From assembly GCA_028534125.1 (NCBI GenBank), contig CM052817.1, positions 17,982,001 through 18,046,000 of the forward strand: a stretch of DNA of 64,000 nt. Direction: 5' to 3'. Source of the stretch: Lama glama. Its lineage: Eukaryota. The position numbers and the translations under genes were made by a program. Under the pieces are notes generated by a model, which saw nothing but the letters and a program-made list of their open reading frames with translations, was not told the origin of the DNA and did no database searches. Shown one piece after another: positions 1 to 13,069 of the stretch; the stretch's first letter is position 1; each line of letters opens with the position of its first letter.

Positions 1-964
1 TCAGTCAATCGGCTCCAGCCTGTACTCTCTGGCACCACCTCTGGTCTGCATGTTCCTGTGGCAGCCACTCTCTCTCCTTAAAAATCCAAATCTCTGTCTT
101 AAGGGCATGGGGGGCCCTTTCCTGAGTTCTAGTTCTTTCTTGGTTCACTCTCCTTCAGCCTACAAGTCATGGTTGCTTTCTTCATTTGGTAATTCTGTTT
201 TTCCCTATTCACATGTCTGGTATGGCTTCTATTTCTTGATTGCACTCTGACTGATACAAGAAGCCAGATGATTTTCTCTCTAGAACTTTGGGAAGGATCA
301 AGAATTGGAGGTATCACATGTTATAGAAGGCTTTGGTGGGCTATAGAGCTGAAAATGGAGATTGTGTGAAAATCTGTGTCAGGAGGTATTAGACCCCCAG
401 ACTCTTCCCATCCTGTATATTCTGGTGACTCCTCGTCTCCAACAGGAGACAAGAGGTGTATATATTCATTACAGAACAGAATCAGGAAGGCTATGAACTC
501 AGAGACCTCAGATATAGAGCTGAACAGGAACGAGGCACCATATTGAAAACAGAGGAAGTAAGTGAAAGTTGGCCAAATAGTGAGACTAATACCTCAGCCT
601 TACTGCCATCACTGTGCCTGCCCAGCCTCCCCTTCTTCGCCCTCCACCAGCTTTAGGGCCCCAGAGAGAAGGCTAAAGGGAATTTGGAGAAACCTCACCA
701 AAAAAGAAAAAGAAAGAAAGAAAGAAAAGAAAAGAAAGAAGAGTAGCTGGCTGGCTATAAAATTGCTTCACAGTGAAGCCCACCCCACTGGGTGCCCACT
801 CCTTGCAGACAGAGCTTCCAGTCAGTTGTTCATTGCCTCAGTCCTAAACATGAGTGACCAGCCCAGGAGCTCCAGATATGTGAAATCTTGCAATTTGAAA
901 GGCATAGCTCAAAACTAAAACAAACAAACGAACAAACAAAAAAATAAGGAAGAAGAAGTAGCCA

Positions 965-1580
965 ATTTAGGGAATGAGTGCTTATCATGACCACTAATAG
1001 TTATTTCAGGTGTGAATTTACACCTACACTCACAAGATATAGTAGGCCATAACTTGTATGAGGTGCAAGTAGATCTGTAGAATGAAACAGGACAGAAAAC
1101 ATAGCGTGTCAGTATATCATGTAGATCTTCAGTGGGAGTCCTTACAGCCAACCAGAGGCTACTTCCCAGCCCCCACAAGGAATTCGTGCAGTTGGAAATG
1201 ACACGGTTACATGGCACAACACAGGGACGTCTCATATATAACAGGAACCATTTCTTGTAATGCACATGAGCATAGCTTCCAGGTCCTCTCAGGAGGCACA
1301 TCAGGCAGCTTAAGTCTTCTGTTTTCCAACACCAGGCAGCTAAGGCCTGTGTTTGCCAATAGATTTTTATAGTCTACTTACAGTCTTCCATTTCAGATGT
1401 AATTTACCAGTCAAGGGTCATATTTTTTCAGTAAATTACACTGCTTAGTAATATAGCTAGCTCTCCTCTCCACAATGACCCAGTACATTTTCAGGGCACC
1501 AGTGCTGGGAGAAAATAAACCCAAGGTTATAATCTTATAGACAAAGAGGTTAGCCTGTTGTTAACCATTTCTTCCCAATA
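965..1580. mobile_element. Possible old LTR-like insertion interrupting the HAL1/L1 relic; family not identified
   Basis: Abrupt compositional break between two A-rich LINE segments; ends in cccaata, reminiscent of an LTR terminus. Confidence 0.3.
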
Positions 1581-1589
1581 GTAGATTTA

Positions 1590-3000
1590 AAGCAAACATT
1601 AATATTCTCAGAGAGAAGGTATTATTCATGAAACAAGAACAGAATTTCACTGAAACAATAAAACAAAACAATAGAAAATGAAAAATAACTTTTAGGAATC
1701 AAAAATACAGTATGCCAAAAATTTTTTAAAGATCAGGAGAAAGCCAAGGAAGTCTCTATCAGAAGACAGAGCAAAATCAAAAAGCCAAAGAGATCAAAAA
1801 TAAGAGAGAAAAGTTTTTTTTTTTTAAATAGAGGACCAATCCAGAAGGGTAAGCATCTGACCAATAGGAGTTCCAGAAAGAAAAACAGAGGTAAAAGAAT
1901 TATTAAAAATTTTAAGAACTGAAAGACAGGAATCTTCATTATGAAAAGGCCCACCTAGCACCCAATGCTATGAATGAAAGAAGACCCATACCAAGGCACC
2001 TGAAAAGCAGATTATGTATAAAGTCCTGGGAATCAGAGCAGCATCTGACTTCTCAGCAGTAAGACTGGTAGCCAGATGATTTTGAAGTCATTCCTTTAAA
2101 AATCAAAATGATTTCCAGCCTAGAATTCTATATGTAACCAACAGTCAATCAAATGTGAAGTCAAAGGAGATATTTCCAGATGTATGTGACCTAAAACATT
2201 TGCTCTTAATCAGGGGGCTATTGTATTATAGAAGTGCTCCAAAACAAGGTCATAAACAAAAAAAGCAAAATAGCGAATCCAGGAAATGAGATTCAGCCTA
2301 AGAGAAGAACAATTTACCAGAAGGACAGTGAAGAGAAGTTCCAGGACAAAGTCTGTGCAACACAACCAGAGCACAGAGCTTCCAAATTGGAGCAGGAGGT
2401 TGGAGGGTTCCAGAATGAGTGTGCGCAAGAAAAACACTCCAAGTACAGATGATCTGGCAGGTTTCACCACATGCAAATTGTTTTGTGGAGGGTCTTTTCA
2501 GAGTTGCTACAGGGTATAGGAAGAGGTAAGTGATTAGAGAAAATAGTATAAGTGAAAAAGTGCTTTAGTTATGAACAGTATGAAAAAAAGTATAACAAAG
2601 GAAACATTTATAGCATACTGCATGCCTCAGCAGTGAATAATATTTAAATAGTCATGATAATGTAAACTCTTAATATAGATTTAATCAAAAATTGATATAT
2701 ACTTATATTGGAATGATGGAGGGAGGAAAAGAGAATGTACATGAGCTAAAAATCCTCATTTATCATGAAAAATCAATAGGTATTTGAAACTGGTATATTA
2801 AAAATAGCAGTATATATACTTGCGACTTGAGATATGGAGATAAATACCAGAAAAAAAAGCTGAAAGTGGTTGTTTCTGAATAGTGGGCTAATTTTGATTG
2901 GGTTGTGTCTGTGTGAATGTGTGTGTGTTGGGGAGGAGTACATAAGACAGGGAGCTGCTATTTTGTTGTTCCTGTTAAGTCTTTTAGCTGATTTAACTTC
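1590..3000 (+). mobile_element. Ancient HAL1/L1ME-type LINE relic (ORF1-like region and 3' part); its 5' portion is probably at about 250-960
   Basis: A-rich strand with decayed L1 ORF1-like motifs (ataggagttccagaaaga, gacttctcagcagtaagactgg, atttccagcctagaattctata) and a HAL1-like end near 2950. Confidence 0.6.
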
Positions 3001-3069
3001 TATTTATTGCGTATAGAGATAGACTAGGTTGATGGTTAGGTGATTAGATTCTGAAACCAACTAACCTGG

Positions 3070-3408
3070 TTTTATTTTTTTTAAATTTTTAAACTTTTTT
3101 TTATTGAGTTATAATCATTTTACAATGTTGTGTCAAATTCCAGTGTAGAGCACAATTTTTCAGTTAAACATGAACATACACATATTCATTGTCACATTCT
3201 TTTTCACCATGAGCTACCACAAGATCTTGTATATACTTCCCTGTGCTATACAGTATAATCTTGTTTATCTATTTTGCATATGCCTGTCAGTATCTACAAA
3301 TTTCAAACTCCCAGTCTGTCCCTTACCACCCCCCTCCCCACTGGTAACCACATGTTTGTATTCTCTGTCTGTGAGTCTGTTTCTGTTTTGTATTTATGCT
3401 TGTTTGTC

Positions 3409-3440
<32 letters not shown>

Positions 3441-3516
3441 AGATTCCACATATGAGAGATCCCATATGGTATTTTTCTTTCTCTTTCTGGCTTACTTCAC
3501 TTAGAATGACATTCTC
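3070..3516 (-). mobile_element. Young L1 3' UTR and A-rich tail, running into a gap
   Basis: Reverse complement closely matches 4862-5272; T-rich tail at 3070-3102. Confidence 0.9.
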
Positions 3517-4016
3517 NNNNNNNNNNNNNNNNNNNNNNNNNNNNNNNNNNNNNNNNNNNNNNNNNNNNNNNNNNNNNNNNNNNNNNNNNNNNNNNNNNNN
3601 NNNNNNNNNNNNNNNNNNNNNNNNNNNNNNNNNNNNNNNNNNNNNNNNNNNNNNNNNNNNNNNNNNNNNNNNNNNNNNNNNNNNNNNNNNNNNNNNNNNN
3701 NNNNNNNNNNNNNNNNNNNNNNNNNNNNNNNNNNNNNNNNNNNNNNNNNNNNNNNNNNNNNNNNNNNNNNNNNNNNNNNNNNNNNNNNNNNNNNNNNNNN
3801 NNNNNNNNNNNNNNNNNNNNNNNNNNNNNNNNNNNNNNNNNNNNNNNNNNNNNNNNNNNNNNNNNNNNNNNNNNNNNNNNNNNNNNNNNNNNNNNNNNNN
3901 NNNNNNNNNNNNNNNNNNNNNNNNNNNNNNNNNNNNNNNNNNNNNNNNNNNNNNNNNNNNNNNNNNNNNNNNNNNNNNNNNNNNNNNNNNNNNNNNNNNN
4001 NNNNNNNNNNNNNNNN
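3517..4016. other. Assembly gap (500 N)
   Basis: Run of N. Confidence 1.
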
Positions 4017-5287
4017 CTTAAACATAAGACAAGATACAATAAACCTCCTAGAAGAAAATATAGGCAAAACATTATCTCACATACATCTCAGCAATGTTCT
4101 CCTAGGGCAGTCTACCCAAGCAATAGAAACAAAGGCAAAAATAAACAAATGGGACCTAATTAAACTTACAAGCTTCTGCACAGCAAAGGAAACCATAAGT
4201 AAAACAAAGCGACAACCTACAGAATGGGAGAAAATTTTTGCAAAAGATGAAACCGACAAAGGCTTGATTGCCAGAATATATAAGCAGTTCATACGACTCA
4301 ATAAGAAAAAAACAAACAACCCAATCCAAAAATGGGCAGAAGACCTAAACAAGCAATTCTCCAATGAAGAAATCCAAATGACCAATAGGCACATGAAAAA
4401 ATGCTCAATATCACTAATTATCAGAGAAATGCAAATCAAAACTACAATGAGGCATCACTTCACACCAATCAGAATGGCCATCATTCAAAAATCCACAAAT
4501 GACAAATGCTGGAGAGGCTATGGAGAAAAGGAAACCCTCCTACACTGCTGGTGGGAATGCAGCTTGGCATAGCCACTGTGGAAAACAGTATGGAGATTCC
4601 TCAAAAGACTAGGACTAGACTTACCACATGACCAGGATTCCCACTCCTGGGCATGTATCCAGAAGGAACCCTACTTCAAAACGATACCTGTACCCCAATG
4701 TTCATAGAAGCCCTATTTACAATAGCCAAGACATGGAGACAGCCTAAATGTCCATTGACAGATGACTGGATAAAGCAGTTGTGGCATATGTATACAATGG
4801 AATACTATTCAGGCATAAAAACGACAACATAACGCCATTTGCAGCAACATGGATGTCCCTGGAGAATGTCATTCTAAGTGAAGTAAGCCAGAAAGAGAAA
4901 GAAAAATACCATATGGGATCTCTCATATGTGGAATCTAAAAAAAAAAAGAAAAGAAAAGAAAAAGACAAACAAGCATAAATACAAAACAGAAACAGACTG
5001 ACAGACAGAGAATACAAACTTGTGGTTGCCAGTGGGGAGGGGGGTGGTAAGGGACAGACTGGGAGTTTGAAATTTGTAGATACTGACAGGCATATGCAAA
5101 ATAGATAAACAAGATTATACTGTATAGCACAGGGAAATATATACAAGATCTTGTGGTAGCTCATGGTGAAAAAGAATGTGACAATGAATATGTGTATGTT
5201 CATATATAACTGAAAAATTGTGCTCTACACTGGAAATTGGCACATCATTGTAAAGTGACTATAACTCAATAAAATAGAATTTAAAAA
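4017..5287 (+). mobile_element. Young L1 3' portion: ORF2 C-terminus, 3' UTR and polyA signal; inactivated
   Basis: Frame from 4018 reads LNIRQDTINLLEENIGK...[15 protein letters not shown]...[19 protein letters not shown]...[11 protein letters not shown] at 4570-4572 and a frameshift near 4632; aataaa at about 5268. Confidence 0.95.
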
Positions 5288-5289
5288 GC

Positions 5290-6000
5290 TGTATTAATGC
5301 ATAATGCATATAGAAAAGTACATATATCATAAGAAAATGGCTTAATGAATTTTTATGAACTGTACATACTTGTTAAAGTACCACCAGATCAATAAACTGA
5401 AGCCCCCTTCTACACTCTTTCAGTCTTTATCTTCTATTTCAGAAATAACTACTATTTTGATTTCTAGCAGCATAGAGTAGTTTTGTCATTTCTTGAACTT
5501 CTGTGAGTGGAAGCATATGGTATGCACTCTTTGATGTTTGGCTTCTTTTATTCAACATTATATTTATGCAATTCAGCCATATTGTTGTATGTATTTGAAG
5601 ATCTTTTTTTCCATTATTATGCTCCAGTGAGTTCATATATCACAAATTTATTTATTCATTTTACTGTTGATGGGCATTTGGGCAGTTTCAAACTTAGGGC
5701 TATTAAAAATAAAGCTGCTATGAACATCCTACTATGTCTTTCAGTGAACATATGGGTACCCTTTTGTTGAGAATATACCTGGGAATGTAATTTCTCAGTC
5801 CTAGGGTTTACAAAAGTTCAGCTTTAGTAGATAACTGCCAAAGAACTTGGAAAAGTGGTAGAAGTACCAGTTTACACTTCCACCAACAATGTCTCTAAGT
5901 GGTGGTTGCTCTCCATGCTTGCTAATACTTGGTGTGTTCCAGCTCCTTTGTTTTAGTCATTTTAGTGGTAGATAGTAGTATTGAACTATGATTTTAATTT
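5290..6000 (-). mobile_element. Old L1M (L1ME/MB-like) 3' fragment
   Basis: Typical antisense motifs: ttactgttgatgggcatttgggcagtttc, aaagctgctatgaacatc, tttacacttccaccaacaat. Confidence 0.75.
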
Positions 6001-6150
6001 CTCATATAATGTGAGGTAGAAGTATTACTACCATTTTAAAGTTGAACAAGTGGAGGTGTTAAGTAACTTAGCCAAGGTCACAAAGCTAGTAAGTGATAGA
6101 ACCAACATTGAAGACTAAGCAGCCTGCCTCCAAAGCCTGCTGTTATATAC
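6000..6150 (-). mobile_element. MIR SINE fragment
   Basis: gttaagtaacttagccaaggtcacaaagctagtaagtg MIR core. Confidence 0.75.
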
Positions 6151-6227
6151 TGCCCCCGCTCCTTCCCCTTTTGATAGTCTTTTCTTACTTTATAAGAAGA
6201 TATCAGATATCTTATAGAATAAGATAT

Positions 6228-6580
6228 TGCTACAGTTTAAATGTTTGTGTCCCCCTAAAATTCGTATGTTGAAGTCCTAATCCCCAAGGTGATGGTATTA
6301 GGAGGTAAGGCCTTTGGAAAGTAGTTAGGTCAAGGGCAGAGCCCTCATGAGTTTGATTAGTGTCTTTATAAAAGAGCTTTCTAGCCCCTTCCACCGTGTG
6401 AGAACATAGCAGAAAGTTGGCAGTCTGAAACCCAGAAGAGGACCTTCACCAGAACCCAACCATACTGGCACCCTGAACTTGGACTTCTAGCCTCCAGAAG
6501 TGTGATGTATAAATTTCTGTTGTTTATAAGCTGCCCAGCCTCTGGATAATTTGTTATAGCAGCCTGAACAGACTAAGACT
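6228..6580 (+). mobile_element. MaLR solo LTR (MLT1A-like)
   Basis: tgctacagtttaaatgtttgtgtcccc...aaattcgtatgttgaa start; ttgttatagcagcctgaacagactaagac end; about 350 bp. Confidence 0.88.
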
Positions 6581-8732
6581 AATACCTTTTTCTGTTCATG
6601 GCTAGTGATAGCAATGCATAATAAAAAGGAAAGGAAATACACAGCCTTGGATGATAATCATGTTTTTCACTTTGGAAACAACCCTTAAGAATTATTTAAA
6701 ATTATTGTAAATCTAATAGTAGCTATGCTTTAGAAAAGCTATTTCCCCCCTAAATTTAGAGTATAGTTCTTTGATTCACTCATAATACAACAAATGTGAG
6801 ATCCTACTAAGGGCCAAGCACTAGTGAATACATAAATACGACATAATTTTTGCTCTTAGGAATGATACAGCAGAAAATAAGATTCAGATAACAATCAGTT
6901 TGGCATTTGCTATTCCTATATATAAGAGGCAATTGGAGCAGAGGAAAGAACACAAGTCTGCCTGTGTAGGAGGTTGATAATCTCTTTAGTTGGTGCAATT
7001 ATTTTTGCTCTCTTTACATCTCAAAGCAGGACTACTAAAAATTGGGTTAAATTGGTATTTATCCAATGAGATTGTTTTCAGTGGTTTAGCACTAGGATTT
7101 TTGCCTGACTTGAGAATTGCTAGTTAACAGTATTTCTTGAAAAGAATGGAGTCATATGTAACTACTTTTGCCTATAATTCACTATTACTTATTTTTCTTA
7201 GTCAATGACTATGGCTTTGGTTAAACTAGAAGTGTAATGCTAAATGTTTGAAAATGTTGCTAATACTTGTGTTTGGCTAGAGGCCAGTTTTATATTTGGG
7301 ATTAAGGGTTTCTTAATGGAACTATATTCTTCTTACTCATCTTTAAAAATCTGTGTTACCTATGTTTTATAAATACTATTATTCAATTTTTGTATTTGAA
7401 GTACATTCCTCTCTTAGTAATTTAACAGCCTTATGTAAAAATCAGGAGAAAAGTTCTTACCTTTGTAATACAGAGTCCTTATTTAACAATAATAAAAGAG
7501 CCATTAAATATATTCATTATTCCTACAAACTCTTGTGAATATGCATTTATTTTAAATACACACATACACACACACATGCATATGTACACAAACTTTCTAC
7601 AGAAAGCATTTATAAGGTCTATGTTAAAAGGATCAGCATTCTTCCATAAGACTTTATGAAAAGGAGGGGGTCATATATCTGATACTGTTGTGTGCTATAT
7701 ATAATAATGAATCATATTAAATGAGGGTTCTGCTAAATAGACATTTTCTACAGCTTATTTCTAAAAGAAAAAAAAAACAATCTTCACCTGAGGTGTGGTC
7801 CATGCAGCGTGCATCAGATAGACGCCCTGTGAAAAAGAGGGCATCATTGCCTTTGTTGTCAAATAAGTTTTGGGAAAGGCTGTGCCATATACCTTTTTAA
7901 GATACACAGTGTATGTTCCTGTCTTAAAGACTGTGGGAAGTCCTAAATTAACTTCTAGTGCAGCCTCTCCCCAACTCATTTCACTAGGGATCTTTTTTTC
8001 CCAAGCAAGATCTATTAATATAGATATATCTATTAATATAGTGGTCCTCAGAGTGTTCTTTGAGTAACACAGAGTGTATATTGGAAATCTGACTTCTTTG
8101 GGCTTCTTATTCTTGGACTATAGAAAACAGCACTTAGAAAAATCATTATATTTCATGTAACTGAATAAATTCTGTAGAGGAGTCTTAATTTCATACTGCT
8201 TTCAGTAATACAACACTAAGCATTCAGTAGTTTTGTCCACTTTTATAAGAGACAGGAATTGGCTGAAGACTTTTGATTCTTTGGTTATTGTCTCGGCAAT
8301 CAGAGCTAATTAAAATGAAACTGGTATTGTTATTTTATATGCAGTCTTTAAAATAAATGTATTCAAGTACTTTAGTGATAGAAAATGATTGTATTTTGGC
8401 TGGAACCCCAACCACTTTATTTCATCATGATATAATCTGCTTACTAATTACTTCAGAGCCATTAGGAATAGAATAAACTGAAAGAATAGGATACTTTGAT
8501 TCAAATATTCTATTTAGTAAAAGCAGCTTTATGGATAATTTTTTAATCTGAAAAACTAACACTGAAAATAGTAACAAATGGAAACTAGAAGTACAGTACC
8601 ACTTTATATTTAGCTGGGCTAAACCTGGACATCACAGAATAGGCTTTCTTTCTAGAAAACCATTAAAACCTTAGCCCAGGACAAGTCTCCTCCCTCGTGT
8701 CCAGATCTCACACTGGGGCCCGCTTGTCCCCC

Positions 8733-9677
8733 TTATGGATGTAGGTACGATTGGGCATCTTCTTCCAGAACAAGCCCGTTTCATCACAGTTGAAGATTTG
8801 CTCTGGAGGGTAGCCTTTCTCTTCTATAAATTTTTTGAGCTCTTCTGGGAATGCTGCGGCTGCCTTGGCATCAGTCACTGCTGATTCTCCCGTGATCTTT
8901 AAGTTCTTAAGGCTGCAGCACTTTACGTAACTAGCCAGCCATCCCTTACTATGGAAGAATGCTGATCCTTACTAGACTTAATTAAACTCCTGCGTTCTTC
9001 TCTGCCTGCCTCACGGTAGTGCTCGAAGAGACTAAGTGCTTTCTCACACATAATTTTGCCATTAACAAGGATATGCTTCTGTGACATCCTCCAGCCGCAC
9101 ACCTGACGCCTTCTCAGACTTTGCAAGCACTTGGTCACAAACCAGAGACCATTTTTGCTGTTGTTGGGGCAGCACTAACACTTCCACAAATTTCAGCTTC
9201 TTTCTACTTTGTTTTGCAAATGCTTGATTTGTTCTTACCAATCTTATAGCCCACCTTGGCAAGCAATATGCCACTTTTACAGAAGATCTAAGATTTTTAT
9301 TTTCTCGTTAAGAGATAGCACTTTATGCTCCCTCTTAGTTTTTGCTGGATTATTTGGACCACTTCATTGCTCTTTAGGAGCCATTTTTCACAGAAACAAT
9401 GGGCGCACACAACGTAAGCAATGCATGAGCGGGACACAAGGTAAACAACACTCAACCCAAGTGCTGGAGAGAGGCTGAAGGTCCAGGAAGTGGTGGGAGA
9501 TTACAGGAGGGACTGCCAGCACATCAGTTCACTGGTGCAGATTCAGTGTAGTGCTTGGCACACAGCAAATTCAAGCTTTGCTTTTTGGAACTTTCTGGAA
9601 TGTTTTTTCAAGTATTTTCAATCTGCAGTTGGCTGAAGCCACAATGTGGAACCCACAGATATGGAGGGTGGACTGTA
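8733..9677 (-). mobile_element. Tigger/pogo-type DNA transposon 5' half: MER2-like terminus plus a decayed transposase
   Basis: Minus strand: ATG at 9384 (MAPK...), HKVLSLNEKIKILDLL, MSQKHILVNGKIMCEKALSLFEHY, GWLASYVKCCSLKNLKITGESA...EEKGYPPEQIFNCDETGLFWKKMPNRTYIHK; terminus gatatggagggtggactg followed by TA. Confidence 0.9.
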
Positions 9678-9679
9678 GT

Positions 9680-10250
9680 ATCAGTAGCGCTGCTGTGAAT
9701 TTTCTTGTATAAGTCTCTTGGTGCACATCGGTACACATTAGGGTGTACACCTGACAGTGGTGTGCTGCTGACTGTCCTAGGGTGTGCATGTAGTCAGTGT
9801 TAGTAGATGTTGCCAAACAGTTTTCCAAGGTGATTGTACTAATTTACACTCCACCGCCTTTGTATGAGAAGCTTATTTGCTCCATTTTCTTTACATTTAA
9901 AATTCTTGGTCTTTTTCATTTTAGCCATTGTGGTGGGTGCGCATTTCATAATGGTTTTAATTGCACTTCTCTGATGATTAATGTGGTTGAACATCTATTC
10001 ATGTGTTCATTGGTCCTTTGGATCACCCCTTTTGTAAAGGACCTGTTCACATCTTCTGCCTATTTGTGACTTACCTGTGCCTTATCTGTTCTGAATATAA
10101 GTCTTTTGCTGGATATACGTATTGTAAATATTTTCTCCCTCTCTCTGACTTACTTTTTCACTCTCAATAGTGTCTTTTGATGAACAGAAAATTTTTGGTT
10201 TTAATGTAATCCAGCTTATGAGGTTTTTTTTCATTATGATTAGCACTTAG
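9680..10250 (-). mobile_element. Old L1M ORF2 3' fragment
   Basis: gccaaacagttttccaaggtgattgtactaatttacactcc; ggttttaattgcacttctctgatgattaatg. Confidence 0.8.
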
Positions 10251-10726
10251 GAAACAAATCTGCTTCTCCCACATAATCTTTTTAAATGGCATTTGTATAC
10301 TGGGATTTTACCTATATAGTGTTAAGGCTTTTATTAGATATGCTTTCATGGTAGATTAGAGTAGAAGTAGGGATTTGCAAATGAAGCTGTCAACAGGTTT
10401 AGTTTTTAGGGAAAAAAAATCAAAGATGAATGGACAGAAAAATTTGTGTTGTGAGAAGATATTCTATATTATTTGAACAAAGGAAAGGTATTTATACATT
10501 TTTTCTTCTAATTAAATGTGCTTAACTTCCTTTTAATTTCTACAAACTAAACAATTTAAAAAAAAAGACTTTTCTACATATAAAGAGAAATATTCTTATA
10601 GTTTCCTATAGAGCCATTCAGCTTTGAAAATAATTAAAAGTGTCAATACCAGAGAAAAATAGATAATACTGTTCTAAATGTGGCTGATCATATTTGTGTC
10701 TGATTATTTTATTTTATCATTTTTAG

Positions 10727-10765
10727 AACTTTTTGAAAATGAGCATGTACGTATTGGGCAAAAAG
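10727..10765 (+). CDS. TBC1D19: TBC1D19 internal coding exon (39 nt, phase 1-1): (E)LFENEHVRIGQK(V)
   Basis: ttttag acceptor and G|gtaagc donor; translation matches the recalled TBC1D19 protein and joins in frame to the exon at 12301. Confidence 0.93.
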
Positions 10766-12300
10766 GTAAGCTTTTGGTTATGCTTACTATAATTTCTGAA
10801 AATGAGACAGTCCTAAGTAAATGTCTGCATAGTATACCCTCACCTGAAATTTAATCTCTGAAAAGCTAAAAACCTAAAAAGGAATAATATTTAACGATGT
10901 AGACAAGACAATGGGAACCTTTATAAAGAGGGGAAATGCATCATTTTGGCTTTTCCAATAAATGTTAGATAAAGAAGTACACAGATGGTTCACTAAAAGG
11001 AAATAAATGCAGGCACACATTCCTCAAGGAAGTTAGCTTAATCCATTCAACAGTAGAATTTCATTTTAAAATCAAAGAGGCAGGTTCTCTCTTTGATGTG
11101 CTCACACACTTCTCATTAGCGTTAATAGGAAAATGCTTCTGCATCAGGAGAAAATGATAACTGTCTCACTTCCTGATGTCTGTTCACAATGGCAGGAGTT
11201 AGTAATTGAAGCAGCTCTTAGCGTTCTGGAGAATAAATTTTCCCCATCTTTTGAAGATTCTTTTCCTTGTTTTAATAAATCCTGTTTTAACGCCTTTGAA
11301 ATATGAAATGCAGATAAGTCTTTGTATCAGAATGAACTTTCTGTGGCAATTATATTATCATGTTCTAAACTCCCTGGTTCAGTTTTCCAGAATTTTATTT
11401 TTTTCAAAGACTTCATTTTATGATTTGATATTTTCATTAAACACAGTTGCAAATTGAAGAATATGTTTCATCTCTTTTTATTTCATATGGTCCTTTTATT
11501 TCTTTTGGTCTTATTTTCATTTAGTGAAAGATTTTTTTTCCCTTTTGTTTTAAAAAAATACAGGAAAACAATATTGTTAGACAAATATCAGCAGTTGTCT
11601 AGTTTGCCTTCTTTTGTGGGGTTTTTGTTTTGTTTTGTTTGTTTGGGGGGTGCTTAATTTCCAGACTTAATAGCTAGTATTGTCATGAAAATGAAAGCAA
11701 AAGGATAATATATTAATTTTGTGAACCTGACTGTGAACAATTTTTGGCCTTCATAAAAGATTGTCAGATCTTTTTTGTTTTTACTTCTTTAAAAATCCCT
11801 CTTTTCTGTTGATTTTGGCAAAAAGCTAAAAAAAAATCTAATAGAATGGATATCTACATCCTTTATAACTCTTAGCCGTAATACTTCAAATAATGTACTA
11901 CTTCCAAATACTAGAACATTCATGACTTAGTAGATAGAATACACGTAAGAAATTTAGGGTTTCTGTAGATATGACCTTACTTGATCATGGAGTCCAAAAA
12001 TTATTATATATATGCAAAACTAGTTTCAGATCCATGGAACTATAGTTAAAGCAAAGTCATCTCAAGATACCTGCTTTAAAAACTTTCCCCAGGTTGGGTA
12101 GGAGGTGGAGGAGCTTAAGGCTTAAAACTTACAGGGCTGTAAATAAGGCCACATCAAAGTTCAGGGAGTAAAAGGTGTGATGTAAGTATGTTCGATGTGA
12201 AGATGAAATGTTAGCTTCCCAAAAGATTTTTAATGAAATATTTCAGTGTTATATCTTACATTATGAATTTCCTAATGAGATTTTAATACACTTTTGACAG

Positions 12301-12413
12301 TTCTAGCAGAGCAAGATAGTGCTGCCGCTCAGCAGTATATCAGGCAAGGAAGCCCCACAGCGCTGAGAGCTGAACTGTGGGCTCTCATTTTGAATATTTC
12401 CAGTCAACCTGAG
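12301..12413 (+). CDS. TBC1D19: TBC1D19 internal coding exon (113 nt): VLAEQDSAAAQQYIRQGSPTALRAELWALILNISSQPE, start of the TBC domain
   Basis: ttgacag acceptor and GAG|gtaagg donor; contains the TBC N-terminal signature GxPxxLRxxxWxxLL-like sequence. Confidence 0.96.
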
Positions 12414-13069
12414 GTAAGGAGAAAACGGATGGGCCCAATTTGAACTATTGGTATTTATTTTTCAAAGACCCTTTATTCAAAATGGAAATACTTTTCTTCT
12501 TAGTCTAGTATTTATCCCCTTTTTAATTGTAAATTCATTATAGTTGAATAGAGTTCTAAGACAAGATTAACATCTAATTAAATCACTGTGTGCTTAATAT
12601 AGAAGTTTTTGTTATTAATAATTGGTGATAGTGTGAACCTATACATACAGCAGAACAACAAGTAACACTTTAAGAAGTGGAGTCCACCAGCTTAGATCAG
12701 TGAAGGTGTGTGATAGAATTGAAATGTTAGAATTGGGAGAAATAAAGATGGGCAACTCGGTATATGTAAATGAGTACTTTGTCTCTGCAGTTACTTTCGA
12801 AATATACACTATTTTTATGGTACTAAAAGTTGGCAGATTATGTGGGATTGTTATTTTTCTAAGTATAAGAACATTTTATTTTAGGGAATATAATGAATAC
12901 GAAGAGAAATCACCAACAGGTAGGTAATAGATCAATAAAGAAAAAATATATAAGACCTAGATTCTTTTTGAAATATTTTAGGGTGTTTTTTTTTTTGCAT
13001 AAGCTTATTGGTCCTTTGAGTCATCTGTGTGAAGATCTTAAAAAATAGCAAACTAATAGTTCCCTAGCC

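Noticed and set aside
3452..4072. Long ORFs of 188-191 aa
   Set aside because: They run through the 500-N gap and are artefacts
4018..4572. Open L1 ORF2 segment as evidence of an active element
   Set aside because: Premature TAG at 4570-4572 and a downstream frameshift
1..10726. Search for the preceding TBC1D19 exon (ending approximately ...DDSTQVPP)
   Set aside because: Not found by eye; it probably lies upstream of the window or in the gap, so exon loss is not claimed
11000..11260. Apparently unique intronic block with an ETS-like cacttcctg motif
   Set aside because: Short motifs occur by chance, and conservation cannot be assessed without alignments
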